Source of the DNA: Candidatus Nealsonbacteria bacterium
GTDB lineage: Bacteria > Patescibacteriota > Minisyncoccia > Minisyncoccales > PWPS01
DNA length: 64,000 nt
Direction: 5' to 3'
Assembly: GCA_003551425.1 (NCBI GenBank)
Contig: PUMP01000059.1
Coordinates: 1-64,000 of the forward strand
Shown here: positions 26,874 to 36,467 of the stretch, in pieces
How positions within the stretch are numbered: position 1 is the first letter of the stretch
Layout: each line of letters starts with the position of its first letter
Notes under the pieces: model-generated
The model's database searches: none
Seen by the model: the letters and a program-made list of their open reading frames with translations, nothing else
Told to the model about the DNA's origin: nothing
Made by a program: the position numbers and the translations under genes

Positions 26874-29800
26874 TTATAATTCAATTTGCCACCAAAATCC
26901 ATATATGCTTGTATCATATCCTATCATAGGCATTCCCATTGTTAAAATAAGCCATCCGAAGAAAAGGATGACAAATCCGATTCCTACCGCTCTCCAAACA
27001 GCCTTTACTCTTGCCAAGACCTCTGTTCCCAAGGAAGGAGAAAGGTAAAATATTGCCCCTGTTGCCAGTATCATTAATCCAATAGCGACGGGAAAGAGGT
27101 TCCAAAGAACAAAATCGATTAATACTTTAAATAATATCAATAAATGCTTGGGCTGGCAAGATTCTCTTTCATTCCAGTCGGTATCCGGGCTGTTATATGT
27201 CCTGCCACAAGGAACAAGGCCGACGCCGTCAACCTCTACTTCGTAGTAATTGAAAGACCACCAGGGAGAAAAGTCTCCGCTTTCTTCGCACTCGCTGTCA
27301 AGGCAAGATTTTACTCTCCACTCATAATCTCCCAGGTCAAATAACCTTAAAAAGAAATTATTATCGGAGATAATCTCTTTTTCTTTCTCTCCGTCGGGAA
27401 AAATAACTTCGTATTTATAATAATTTGCTCCCCTAATAGCGTTCCAAGAAACATCGATATTTCTTTCTTCGGTAAAAATCTCGGCGTTATCTTGAGGGCT
27501 GGGGACAGAAGGAGCGTAAAGAGTAAAGGTGGTGAACTCTACCGGAGGAGTAAAGAATCCTCCGCAATAATCGGTGCCCGGATCGGCACAAGTTTCCACT
27601 GTCCAAGAATAAGATTCTTCTGTTTTAATTTTCGGATAGTCAAGACGGATCCTTGTCGTTGAAGTATGACTTCTTTTTATCTTATCTCCTTCTTTGTTAA
27701 ATAACTCGAATACATAGGATTTTGCCCCCGAAACAGCTCCCCACTCTGCGTTAAGGGGAATTAAAACTTCTTGGGCTTTGTTATAAGGAGTTGCGGTTTT
27801 ATTTAAGTCGGGAGGACGTCCGGTAGTGGTAAATTTATGCCAATCCGTCCAAGTGTCGTTACAATCGTCTCCGTTTTCGTCGTAGCAAGACCTGAGCCGC
27901 CACCTGTAATCTGTGTTAAGAGCAAAGTCATCTATGTCTATCCTGGTATTGGTATCTTGAAGGTGTCTTTCTATTGTTCCTCCTTCTCCGTCCATTCTTT
28001 CCAGCTGAAAATAATAGGAGTGAGCACCAAATGGCTTGTTCCACTCAAAATAAGCGCTGGGATGAATGGCGATAGGATTTCTCCCCTCTGGATCGTTAAG
28101 AGGAGAGAGTCCGGAGGGGTTCTCAAGACCCCCGGAAACAATAAACTTCCATATTTGACCATAATCGGTGCAGTCTTTTCTGGAGTGGTCTTTACAAGCG
28201 GCGATTTGCCATCCGTATATCTCTCCTTTTTCATCGAATAGTCCGACATTTTTATTAATTAATTTTGTAGGAGGGTCTCCTCTATGGATAGGAACAAGAC
28301 TAGGATCGTGAATGGGGACAGGTTCGCAAAGACCTCCCAAGCGAACACGGTCGGGATGACACTCCAGTTCACCGCCTATTTCTTTATAGGCATAAAGCAA
28401 ATAAGCCTTATAATCTTCCTCTCTTTCATGGTCACACCAAGTTGGGTTTGCGTCTTTAAAGTCTATAGGGTTATGATGAGTCCCCGCCATACTTTCCGGA
28501 TCTACCCATCCGGAATCATAAGGGGAAAGCGGTTCGGGAGCCTCGTTGGTTTGAAATCCCGGCCAACTGCTCCACTTTCCGCAGTCTGTACCATCAGTGC
28601 TACAACAAGCCTGTACTTTCCAGTTATGGGTGTCGCCGGGCCTAAGAAGGCAGCGGTCTGCATTGAAGTTATTACGGGAAACCGTGGTTTCAAGAGCTTT
28701 CCCCGAAGAGCTTGAGGTTAGCTTATAGGAAGAGCCTGCTATCTTTTCACTATTATCTTTGTTTAAGGCAGCTAAATCTATCCTTGAATCGGAAGGAGAT
28801 TTCTCTAGAAGAAGATCGTTTTCGTAAGGATCTTCCATTTCGCCGTTATAGAGATCTTCTGGAGGAGTCTCTTTATCTGATACATATTTTGGCACATAGC
28901 CTGGAACATAATAAGTTGCTCTCCCCATGTTGCTATGATTCCTAATATAATTAATAGTTTCTGCAAAGACTAGCTGATTACGATCAAGATATTTAAGAGG
29001 ATCGTCATGTCCACGATCAACACCACCGCTCCAGCAAGAACCCAAACAAACATCAAGATGCAAATGAACTCCAGTAGAGGCTCCGGTAGTTCCCATTCTT
29101 CCGATTTGTTGTCCTTGCTCTACTTTATCGCCTGGACTAACGAACATACTATGGAGATGAAGATACTGCGTATATAGATTATCTCCACTGCCCGTTATAT
29201 CACCGTGATTGATTCTTACAGTATTTCCCGCGCCTCTTCCAGGGGTACCGATATATCTTGCTATAGTTACTTTACCTTCTGCTGCTGCATATATAGGTGG
29301 ATTAGTAAATCCTGATTGAACAAAGTCAGTCCCAAGATGAAAATGGCCAACATCCATGTCCCAGCCACTGCGATCTTGGGCAAAATTAGAAGTAACTCTT
29401 ATATTTTTTAATTCTAATGGCCAAGCAAGAAGTCCTTCTTCCGGAGCAGGAGGAGGGTCGCCAATAGGCTGAGAGGGGTCGTCGGGATCGGGATGAAGAA
29501 AATCTCTGGTGGTATTGTCTATCTTTATGTTATAAGAGCTTGGTCCCGTATCTTCATTCCATCCTGAGACATTGTCCCAAGCAAGAGCTACGGGAAGATA
29601 TATGTCATCATTTCCTTCATAAGGATAATCGGACTGAAGAATTGTTGTTGCTGGATTGGCGTAATACTCTTCGTTTTGCGGAGCATCTAAACACTCACCG
29701 GCACAGGAGCAATCATTTTTTGTAGCATCACACTTTTCCCAAGAGTTGCAATTTTCTTTAGTTACCCAACGAGTATTACCGCATCCATCTTCTTGCTGTC

Positions 29801-29972
29801 TCTGCAATGTTCCTCCGCAGCTACCAACACAGCGCGTGTTATTGGTATTACTCCAGCTGGGCTCACACTCTTCGGCATTAGCCAAGTTTATCCCCAAAGC
29901 AAGGAAGGCGGTTATTATTAAAAAAAGAGAAAATAATAAGAGAGTTTTTATGTTGGCTGGCTTAAATGACAT
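26874..29972 (-). CDS. Large secreted M23-family (LytM-type) peptidoglycan metallopeptidase. Architecture: Cys-rich N-terminus, M23 domain, three Fn3-like repeats, and a C-terminal two-helix pilin-like membrane module.
   Basis: Signal peptide present. M23 motifs 'HLGTDF', 'GKV...GNTVRINHGD....YTQYLHLHS..V..GDKVEQGQQIGRMGTTGASTGVHLHLDV'. Three ~90 aa repeats (YYFQLE...YRWRLRSCYDENGDDC; YVFELF...YSWTVETCADPGTDYC; YKYEVI...YEWRVKSCLDSECEES). The C-terminal 'VGLVPCGRTYNSPDTDWNERESCQ...' plus two TM helices is shared with the 41710-42222 protein. Confidence 0.7.
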   Translation of the reverse strand: MSFKPANIKTLLLFSLFLIITAFLALGINLANAEECEPSWSNTNNTRCVGSCGGTLQRQQEDGCGNTRWVTKENCNSWEKCDATKNDCSCAGECLDAPQNEEYYANPATTILQSDYPYEGNDDIYLPVALAWDNVSGWNEDTGPSSYNIKIDNTTRDFLHPDPDDPSQPIGDPPPAPEEGLLAWPLELKNIRVTSNFAQDRSGWDMDVGHFHLGTDFVQSGFTNPPIYAAAEGKVTIARYIGTPGRGAGNTVRINHGDITGSGDNLYTQYLHLHSMFVSPGDKVEQGQQIGRMGTTGASTGVHLHLDVCLGSCWSGGVDRGHDDPLKYLDRNQLVFAETINYIRNHSNMGRATYYVPGYVPKYVSDKETPPEDLYNGEMEDPYENDLLLEKSPSDSRIDLAALNKDNSEKIAGSSYKLTSSSSGKALETTVSRNNFNADRCLLRPGDTHNWKVQACCSTDGTDCGKWSSWPGFQTNEAPEPLSPYDSGWVDPESMAGTHHNPIDFKDANPTWCDHEREEDYKAYLLYAYKEIGGELECHPDRVRLGGLCEPVPIHDPSLVPIHRGDPPTKLINKNVGLFDEKGEIYGWQIAACKDHSRKDCTDYGQIWKFIVSGGLENPSGLSPLNDPEGRNPIAIHPSAYFEWNKPFGAHSYYFQLERMDGEGGTIERHLQDTNTRIDIDDFALNTDYRWRLRSCYDENGDDCNDTWTDWHKFTTTGRPPDLNKTATPYNKAQEVLIPLNAEWGAVSGAKSYVFELFNKEGDKIKRSHTSTTRIRLDYPKIKTEESYSWTVETCADPGTDYCGGFFTPPVEFTTFTLYAPSVPSPQDNAEIFTEERNIDVSWNAIRGANYYKYEVIFPDGEKEKEIISDNNFFLRLFDLGDYEWRVKSCLDSECEESGDFSPWWSFNYYEVEVDGVGLVPCGRTYNSPDTDWNERESCQPKHLLILFKVLIDFVLWNLFPVAIGLMILATGAIFYLSPSLGTEVLARVKAVWRAVGIGFVILFFGWLILTMGMPMIGYDTSIYGFWWQIEL

Positions 29973-30813
29973 TTTTTAGAACTTTGACAAGCAGCTTCCA
30001 TTCTTTTATGCTTAATTTTTCCGCCCTGCTTTTAGGGTCAACACCACTTTCTTTGATCAAAGAATAAAGCTCTTCTTTTTTTATTAAGTTTAGCCCCTTT
30101 TTGCCTTTAATGTCAAACTGGAAGTTAGTTAAGATTTGTTTTCGGGGATGAGAGAATCCCTTTTTAACTATTCGGAAAAAATCTTTTTTGAATTCTTCGT
30201 CAAAGATTTCTTCTTTTGGCGTGATTTTTATAATTGACGACTCTACGGAAGGGGACGGCCAAAAAGAGTTTCTGGAAACATGGGAAACGATCTCGGGCCT
30301 GGCATAGAACTGTACGGAAACGGACAAAACGCTCATATTGGGAGGCTTGGCAATTATTCTTTCCGCGACTTCTCTTTGAACGGTAAGTACAAGAGAGCTA
30401 GGCGGACATCTTTCTTCTAAAAACTTTCTTATTACGGGAGAAGTAATGTAATAGGGAAGATTTGCTACAACCTTGTAGTCTCTGAAAGGGACGGGAAAAC
30501 TTAAAATATCTTCGTGAATTATCTTTATGTTTTCTTTGTTTTTTATGAGATCACGGAGTACCGACACCAGTCTCCTGTCTTTTTCTACCGCTGTAACGCG
30601 CTTTGCTTTTTTTGCCAAGGGGAGAGTAAGAGTTCCGATGCCGGGACCGACCTCAACAACTTCATCTTTCTTTGAAAGATCGGCGCTGTCGCATATTTTC
30701 TTTACGACACTTTTGTCTATGACAAAGTTTTGTCCCAGTGATTTTTTCGGATTTACAAAATAAGAATCAAGAACTTTTTTTAGGTTTTCTTTGTTTGTTA
30801 GGTCTATTTCCAT
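29962..30813 (-). CDS. rsmA: 16S rRNA (adenine1518/1519-N6)-dimethyltransferase
   Basis: 'LGQNFVIDKSVVKKI', SAM-binding 'VEVGPGIGTLT' and 'NLPYYITSP'. Confidence 0.9.
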   Translation of the reverse strand: MEIDLTNKENLKKVLDSYFVNPKKSLGQNFVIDKSVVKKICDSADLSKKDEVVEVGPGIGTLTLPLAKKAKRVTAVEKDRRLVSVLRDLIKNKENIKIIHEDILSFPVPFRDYKVVANLPYYITSPVIRKFLEERCPPSSLVLTVQREVAERIIAKPPNMSVLSVSVQFYARPEIVSHVSRNSFWPSPSVESSIIKITPKEEIFDEEFKKDFFRIVKKGFSHPRKQILTNFQFDIKGKKGLNLIKKEELYSLIKESGVDPKSRAEKLSIKEWKLLVKVLKNVI

Positions 30814-30890
30814 TGACTTTTCTTCGTGAGTTGGTAAAATAATACAACAATTTACTATATAAAGCTATTCATACTTCAAAGAAAAAAGGC

Positions 30891-31892
30891 TTGAAGAGGA
30901 GGGCTTCGGGTCAAAGTGGCTTTACGATTCCAAAAAGGAGAAATAAAATTTTCCTTGTTTTTGTTTTATCTTTATTTATAGCTGCTTGCCTTACAAATAC
31001 GGAAGATTTCTTTGGCAAAGAAGAACCCAAAGAGGAAAGCTTTGTATCGGACTTTGATTTTTTTCTTTCCTCCGAAAGAGAAGATAGCTCCGAATCAATT
31101 ATATTTACCGACAAGAACACCCTTCTCTCCGGGTCGGCTCCTTACTTTGTGAGCTCGAGGGTGATGGGGGGCGCCGGAGTAAGCCAAAGAAACAATATTA
31201 TTTCTTATAAGGTGGAGGAGGGGGATACTCTTTCAAGTGTTGCCGATAAGTTTGATATTAGCAAAGACACGATACGGTGGGCTAATGACATAAACGGCCA
31301 AGTAAAACCCGGAGAAGAGTTGGTTATTCTTCCCGTAACGGGAGTTATGTATTATGTAGAGTCCGGAGATACTTTATCGGAGGTTGCCGAAATGCATAAA
31401 GCGGAAAGAGAAGAGATAAAGGAGTTCAATAATCTATATGTAGAGGACATTTATCCCGGTGACTTGATAATTATTCCGGGAGGGGAGCGTCCCGCTATTC
31501 CTGAACCTGCGCCTCCGGCACCTTCTACGCAGTTCGTTGCTCCCGCAATAGGGATTGTTACTCAAGGGCCACACCACTATAATGCGATAGACATTGCTAA
31601 TAATTGTGGTAGCCCTATCTATGCGGTACAATCGGGGGTAGTAGTGGAAAGAGCCTATAACACTTGGCCGGCAGGTCACTTCTTAAAAATTGATCATGGA
31701 AATGTGGTGGCAATGTATGCCCACATGCAAAATATGTATGTTGGAGTAGGCGACAGAGTCCATCAAGGACAGCAAGTTGGAACGATGGGGACTACAGGAC
31801 TTTCAACCGGTTGTCATATTCACTTTGATATTCTTTCAAGAAGAATAAGGAATCCTTTTGCTCACATTCCGGTTGGAGGACAGGTAAGATAA
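30891..31892 (+). CDS. Membrane-anchored LysM(x2)-M23 peptidase
   Basis: N-terminal TM. Two LysM motifs ('YKVEEGDTLSSVADKF', 'YYVESGDTLSEVAEMH'). M23 motifs 'HYNAIDIA...GSPIYAVQSGVV' and 'MYAHMQN..V.VGDRVHQGQQVGTMGTTGLSTGCHIHFDI'. Confidence 0.8.
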   Translation: MKRRASGQSGFTIPKRRNKIFLVFVLSLFIAACLTNTEDFFGKEEPKEESFVSDFDFFLSSEREDSSESIIFTDKNTLLSGSAPYFVSSRVMGGAGVSQRNNIISYKVEEGDTLSSVADKFDISKDTIRWANDINGQVKPGEELVILPVTGVMYYVESGDTLSEVAEMHKAEREEIKEFNNLYVEDIYPGDLIIIPGGERPAIPEPAPPAPSTQFVAPAIGIVTQGPHHYNAIDIANNCGSPIYAVQSGVVVERAYNTWPAGHFLKIDHGNVVAMYAHMQNMYVGVGDRVHQGQQVGTMGTTGLSTGCHIHFDILSRRIRNPFAHIPVGGQVR

Positions 31893-31894
31893 TC

Positions 31895-32254
31895 TTAAGC
31901 GCAATTAGTACAAGTCTTAGTTTCCGGGACTAAAGAAAGTTTTTCGTAAGGAATCTCTTCTCCGCATTTTTCACAGAGACCGTAATTGCCTTCTTTCATC
32001 TTTTCCAATGCACGGTTAATGTTTTTTAGCTTTATCTCTAAAGCATGTTCCACTTTAAGGAGAGCGGAGTATTCCTCCACTTCATCGGCCTCTTCCTCCA
32101 TCCCGCTTTCATTGGGATTAAAGTCAGGGTAAACGGTCTTCCAGTCTCCTTTCGGCTTGTCGCTCTCTTTTGCGAATCTTTGTAGTGTGCCTTGGAGAGA
32201 CTCTTTGTTTTCTTCCAGTTTCTTTTTTAATGTTTCGATTTGTTCTTTATTCAT
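31895..32254 (-). CDS. DksA/TraR-family C4 zinc-finger protein
   Basis: An N-terminal coiled coil and a C-terminal 'CEKCGEEIPYEKLSLVPETKTCTNCA' (C-x2-C-x17-C-x2-C) motif. Confidence 0.6.
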   Translation of the reverse strand: MNKEQIETLKKKLEENKESLQGTLQRFAKESDKPKGDWKTVYPDFNPNESGMEEEADEVEEYSALLKVEHALEIKLKNINRALEKMKEGNYGLCEKCGEEIPYEKLSLVPETKTCTNCA

Positions 32255-32256
32255 AT

Positions 32257-33570
32257 TTATAAACGATCAATTATTGCCTTAGTACTTTCAAGCGAAGTGG
32301 AAAATACAATTTTTCTTCCCACTATAGCGTAATAAAATCCTATGCCCTCATGAGGAGACTCTGTGCTTATGACGTTATCTTTTTCTATCCATCCCTCCGT
32401 GTTATTTACCAGTATACTGTAACGATCTCCTTCTTCTCTTAGTTTCTTGTATTTTTCACCTTCTTCTGTTCTTCCTGTTTCGATTAAGTTTTGCGCTCCG
32501 GAGTATATAGGAGTGTTTCTCATAACGTTAAGAAGTTCTTCTTCCGGTGGAGTGCTGCGGTAACGGATAATAATGTTTTCATAAGTAGTGCTATTTAATT
32601 CTTCGTCAGTAGTAGGAACCTCTATCTCTAAGAAAGAGAATAGTCTTTGAAAATCTCTTTCAATAGATTCCTCCCAAGGCCTCATTAATCCCCAGCTTAA
32701 ATCTTTGTCTTCATTCGTTTCTACCACGAATCCAAGCCTGCTCTCCTTTTCTTTTGTGTATAAAAGAAGAGTAAAGTCTTCTTCTATTATATCAAAGAAA
32801 TCTTGAGGGTGACTGACACGAAAAATTTGAAAGAAATCTTTTAAATTAGAAATACGTGGCTCTTCCTCTCTTTGGTCTTCTATAATTATACGTACCATTT
32901 CTCCTCTTTCCTCTTCTTCTATTGCCTTGCGTAAAAGCATAATATATTCATCATTACTTGTGATCGGAATTCTGATAATATCATCTTTTTCTCTGTCTAT
33001 TCTTATAAGGGAATCGGGGGCACGAGGGGTAATTATCTCTTTTACTTTTTCTACCGGCTCAACTTCCGGAGGAGAAGTTAAAAATAAGGCTCTGTAAAGA
33101 AAAGCAATAGAAAAAATAAAGATAGAAACAATAACCAAGGCCACAAGTAAGCGGACCCATAATTTTGATTTTTCAGTAGGTTTCTGCGGGGGTTGCAAGT
33201 GTTCTTCTTCTATCTCTTCCTCATCTTCCTCTTCTATATCTTCTTCCTCTGGTGAGGATTCTGAAAGAGAGGATTCTAACGCTTCGGAAGAAGGGGTCGC
33301 AAAGCCACCTTCTTTACTCATTTCTTTCTGCTCAACTCTTTCTAAGAACTTTCTTCTTCTTTCTTCCTCCTTGTTTATTCTGGCAGAGGATTCTTCTTGT
33401 GCATTTTGCTTTATTATTTCATCTAAAATTTGCGAAGGACCTGCTCCCCGATATTCCGCTTTTAGAAAAAAATCTTCTTTCTCTGGATTTTGTCTTCTTA
33501 TCTCAGATAAGATCTCTTTGTCGGAAGCCCCTTTTGCTCGGGCTTTTTTAATAGAGCTTACAATGTTCAT
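32257..33570 (-). CDS. Hypothetical single-pass membrane protein (acidic N-terminal cytoplasmic region, TM near aa 135-157, ~280 aa outside)
   Basis: ORF with a clear TM segment 'LWVRLLVALVIVSIFIFSIAFL'. No recognisable catalytic motif. Confidence 0.4.
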   Translation of the reverse strand: MNIVSSIKKARAKGASDKEILSEIRRQNPEKEDFFLKAEYRGAGPSQILDEIIKQNAQEESSARINKEEERRRKFLERVEQKEMSKEGGFATPSSEALESSLSESSPEEEDIEEEDEEEIEEEHLQPPQKPTEKSKLWVRLLVALVIVSIFIFSIAFLYRALFLTSPPEVEPVEKVKEIITPRAPDSLIRIDREKDDIIRIPITSNDEYIMLLRKAIEEEERGEMVRIIIEDQREEEPRISNLKDFFQIFRVSHPQDFFDIIEEDFTLLLYTKEKESRLGFVVETNEDKDLSWGLMRPWEESIERDFQRLFSFLEIEVPTTDEELNSTTYENIIIRYRSTPPEEELLNVMRNTPIYSGAQNLIETGRTEEGEKYKKLREEGDRYSILVNNTEGWIEKDNVISTESPHEGIGFYYAIVGRKIVFSTSLESTKAIIDRL

Positions 33571-33575
33571 GTGTT

Positions 33576-36455
33576 TTAGAACTTAAAATCTAAATCAGAG
33601 ATGTCCGGAGTTTCTTCCTTTTTCTTTGGAGAAGGGGGAGTCTCTTCTTCCTCCTCTTCCTCTTCTTCCTCTTCCTCTTCTTCATCTTCCCCCTCCTCTT
33701 CAGGCTCTTCTATTTCTTCCTCGCTTTCTTTTGCTTTTTCGTCATTTTCTTCTAATTTTTTTCTGTCCAGTTCTTCTCTATATTTATCTTCTTCCTCCTC
33801 TTCATCTTCTTCCTCCTCTTCTTCTGCCTCTTCCTCTTCTATGTCTTCATCATCATCTAGCACTTCCTCTTCTTCCGGCTCTTCTTCTGTTATTATCGAC
33901 TCTTCTTCCTCTTCGCCCTTTACGGACTGCTCCAGCTCTCCTATCTCTTCTCGAAGCTCCGCTTCTCTTTTTTGAATAAGGTCGAATCCTTGTTTTTCTT
34001 TTTCAATTTCCGCCAATCTATTCTCTAACTTCCATATCTCCTTTTCTTTATCGCGCTTTTCTTCTTCTACCTCCCATCTTTTTTCTTCTACTTTCTTTTT
34101 TTCTCCGGGATCTTCGATGTATTGCTCTTCTTCCTCTATGTCATCCATGCGACTTTTAATTTCTTCTTTGCTCTTCTTCATCTCTTCAAGAGATTCTTTT
34201 ATTTGAGTTTCTTCATCAATTAATTTCTCGCTTTTTTCTTCTATTCTGCCCCTAATTGTTTGTACTCTTTTCAGTTCTTTCTTCTTTTGTTTTGCTTTCT
34301 CTGTCTTCTCTATATTTTCCTCTTTTACCGCAAGAGAACTTTCTTTCTTCTTTAACCTTTCTTCTTCGTTTAGTATTTGCTGGTAATGCAGTTCGGAAGC
34401 GTACAATTGTTCTTCAATCTTTTTAACTCTTTTTTGCAAGCCCCACTTTTCTTTTTCAATATCTCTTCTTTTTTCTTCTATCATCCATCTTTCTTTTTCT
34501 TTTTCCCTCCTTTCTTCTGTAGTTTTGGCTGACGATTCCTCTTTCTCAATCTTCTTTTTCCTGTCTTCTACCTCTTTCTCCCTTTCGAGCGTAATATTTA
34601 ATTTTTCTTGAAGATGATCTTTCTTCTCTTTCGTTTTAGCTGTCTTTAAATCAAGACCCTTTCTTTCCTCTTTGATAGAACTTATTTTTTCTTTTATTTT
34701 TGCTCTTTCCAGTGAGACTTTTACCCTTTTTTCTTTCTGAGACAACTCTTTCCACCTTTCATGAACTCTTTTTTCTTTATTGGAGATTCTCCACTTTCTT
34801 GTGTGTGTTTGGCGGCTTCTTTTTTTTATTTCATTTAATCTTTCCTTGATGTCCCATATCTTTCTTTTAGCCTCTCTTATTTCTTCTTCTACCTCCCATC
34901 TGTTCTTTTCAATCTCACTTTTTTCCTCCGGGTTGTATGCTATTTTTTCTTTTGACTCGATATCATCCCTCTTTCTTTCAATATATCTTTCTTCTTTATA
35001 AGCTTCTTCTAGCTTTCTTTCGCTCACTTTTTCTTTCTGTGAAAGCTTATCTGCCTCAATCTCTAAGAGCTTTCTTTCTTCTCGCAAGTCGTAGAATTGG
35101 TCACTTAACTTTTCTTTTAATAGTTCTATCTTCTCCAAGTGAAGTTCTTTTTTTTGTACCGAGGAAAGAGTTTCATCTTGTAAGCCAATAGCGATCTCCC
35201 TTTCTTTTCTCTTAATATTTCTTTCTCTTTCTCTTTCTTCTTTTCTTTTTTGCAACTCTTCTTCTTTTTTTCTTATAAGCTTCTCTTGTTTATTGATTTT
35301 CTCTAACCCTTTTTCGGTGTCACTTAGCTCTTTTTCCATGTCCCATCTCTCTTTCTCTATGTTTCTTCTTTTTTCTTCTATACTCCACCCTCTTTCGGTT
35401 AATTCCTTTTCTTCGCCCGTCCCCTTTGCAATGCTCTCCTCTTTTTTAATACTGCTCTTTTTACTCTCTATCTCTTTTTCTTTCTCTTTTATTTCTTTTA
35501 ATTTATCTGAAAGCTCTATTCTTCTTGCAAGAAGATTCTCTTTCTCTTCTTTAAGAGATTCTTTTTTTTCGGTTATTTTTTCTTCGAGATCACCTGCCGG
35601 TATTTTTTCTTCTTTCTCTAGAGGAGTCTTTGTTTCTTCCCTTGCTTTTACTTCTCTTATCTCGTCTTCTTTTTCTTGCAGCTTTTCAATCTCTTCTCCA
35701 AGCTCTTCCAATCGATTGGTTGCTTTTTCAATCTTTTCTCTTGCAGCGGCAACCTCTTCTTCTTTTTGCCACCTTTCTTCTTCTATTTTTTTTCTTTCGT
35801 CTTCTATCTTCCACCTTTCCTCCTTAAGTTTCTTTTTTTTGGAAAAGTCTTTTTCTATTTCTTCTTTTTTTTCCAGGTCTCTTTCTTTTTTTTCAATTGT
35901 TTTTTCTTTCTCTTTTATTTCTCTTAGCCTTTCTTTTATTTTTTTCTCCTCGCTAACCAATGATTTTTTTTCTTTAAGAAGAAGATTCCCTTCCTTTTCT
36001 TTCTTCTTTATTTTTTCTTCAATTTGTTCTCCCTCTGTTTCTTTTTGGTCTTTTTGATCTTTTTCAAGTTTTTGCTCTTCTTCTTTCTTCTTTTTCTTAA
36101 GCTCTTCTCTCTCTTGCCTTAAAGAGCTTATTTGTTTTTCTACTTCTTCAACCTTACTTTCCCAGTTCCAACGCTCTTTTTCGATGTCTTTTCTTTTGTC
36201 TTCAACTCTCCATCTTTCTTCGCTTATTTTCTTTTTTTCTTTCTCGTCTTTTGTTTTTTCTCCCTGCTCTTCTATCTCTTTTTCTTTATCCTCTATCTCT
36301 CTTTCTTTTTTGGTTATAAGGTTGAGGCTTTTTTTAATTTGCTCTTTCTTTTCCGTAGCGCTGGCAATGTTAACTTCTAGCTCTTCAAGCTTTTTTTCCA
36401 GCTCTTTTAATTTATTGTTTTTTTCTTCCAAGTTATTATTGTTTGAATTTATCAT
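33576..36455 (-). CDS. Giant (959 aa) E/K-rich coiled-coil repeat protein with a poly-acidic C-terminal tail
   Basis: There is no TM or signal. The motif 'E[EK]RW.[IV]E[DE][KE]R[RK].IEKE.W..E' occurs at least 6 times (for example EERWRVEDKRKDIEKERWNWE, ERWKIEDERKKIEEERWQKE, KERWMIEEKRRDIEKEKWGLQ). The tail is 'EEEEEEEEEEEEEETPPSPKKKEE'. Confidence 0.6.
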   Translation of the reverse strand: MINSNNNNLEEKNNKLKELEKKLEELEVNIASATEKKEQIKKSLNLITKKEREIEDKEKEIEEQGEKTKDEKEKKKISEERWRVEDKRKDIEKERWNWESKVEEVEKQISSLRQEREELKKKKKEEEQKLEKDQKDQKETEGEQIEEKIKKKEKEGNLLLKEKKSLVSEEKKIKERLREIKEKEKTIEKKERDLEKKEEIEKDFSKKKKLKEERWKIEDERKKIEEERWQKEEEVAAAREKIEKATNRLEELGEEIEKLQEKEDEIREVKAREETKTPLEKEEKIPAGDLEEKITEKKESLKEEKENLLARRIELSDKLKEIKEKEKEIESKKSSIKKEESIAKGTGEEKELTERGWSIEEKRRNIEKERWDMEKELSDTEKGLEKINKQEKLIRKKEEELQKRKEERERERNIKRKEREIAIGLQDETLSSVQKKELHLEKIELLKEKLSDQFYDLREERKLLEIEADKLSQKEKVSERKLEEAYKEERYIERKRDDIESKEKIAYNPEEKSEIEKNRWEVEEEIREAKRKIWDIKERLNEIKKRSRQTHTRKWRISNKEKRVHERWKELSQKEKRVKVSLERAKIKEKISSIKEERKGLDLKTAKTKEKKDHLQEKLNITLEREKEVEDRKKKIEKEESSAKTTEERREKEKERWMIEEKRRDIEKEKWGLQKRVKKIEEQLYASELHYQQILNEEERLKKKESSLAVKEENIEKTEKAKQKKKELKRVQTIRGRIEEKSEKLIDEETQIKESLEEMKKSKEEIKSRMDDIEEEEQYIEDPGEKKKVEEKRWEVEEEKRDKEKEIWKLENRLAEIEKEKQGFDLIQKREAELREEIGELEQSVKGEEEEESIITEEEPEEEEVLDDDEDIEEEEAEEEEEEDEEEEEDKYREELDRKKLEENDEKAKESEEEIEEPEEEGEDEEEEEEEEEEEEEETPPSPKKKEETPDISDLDFKF

Positions 36456-36467
36456 GAGCCAAAAACC

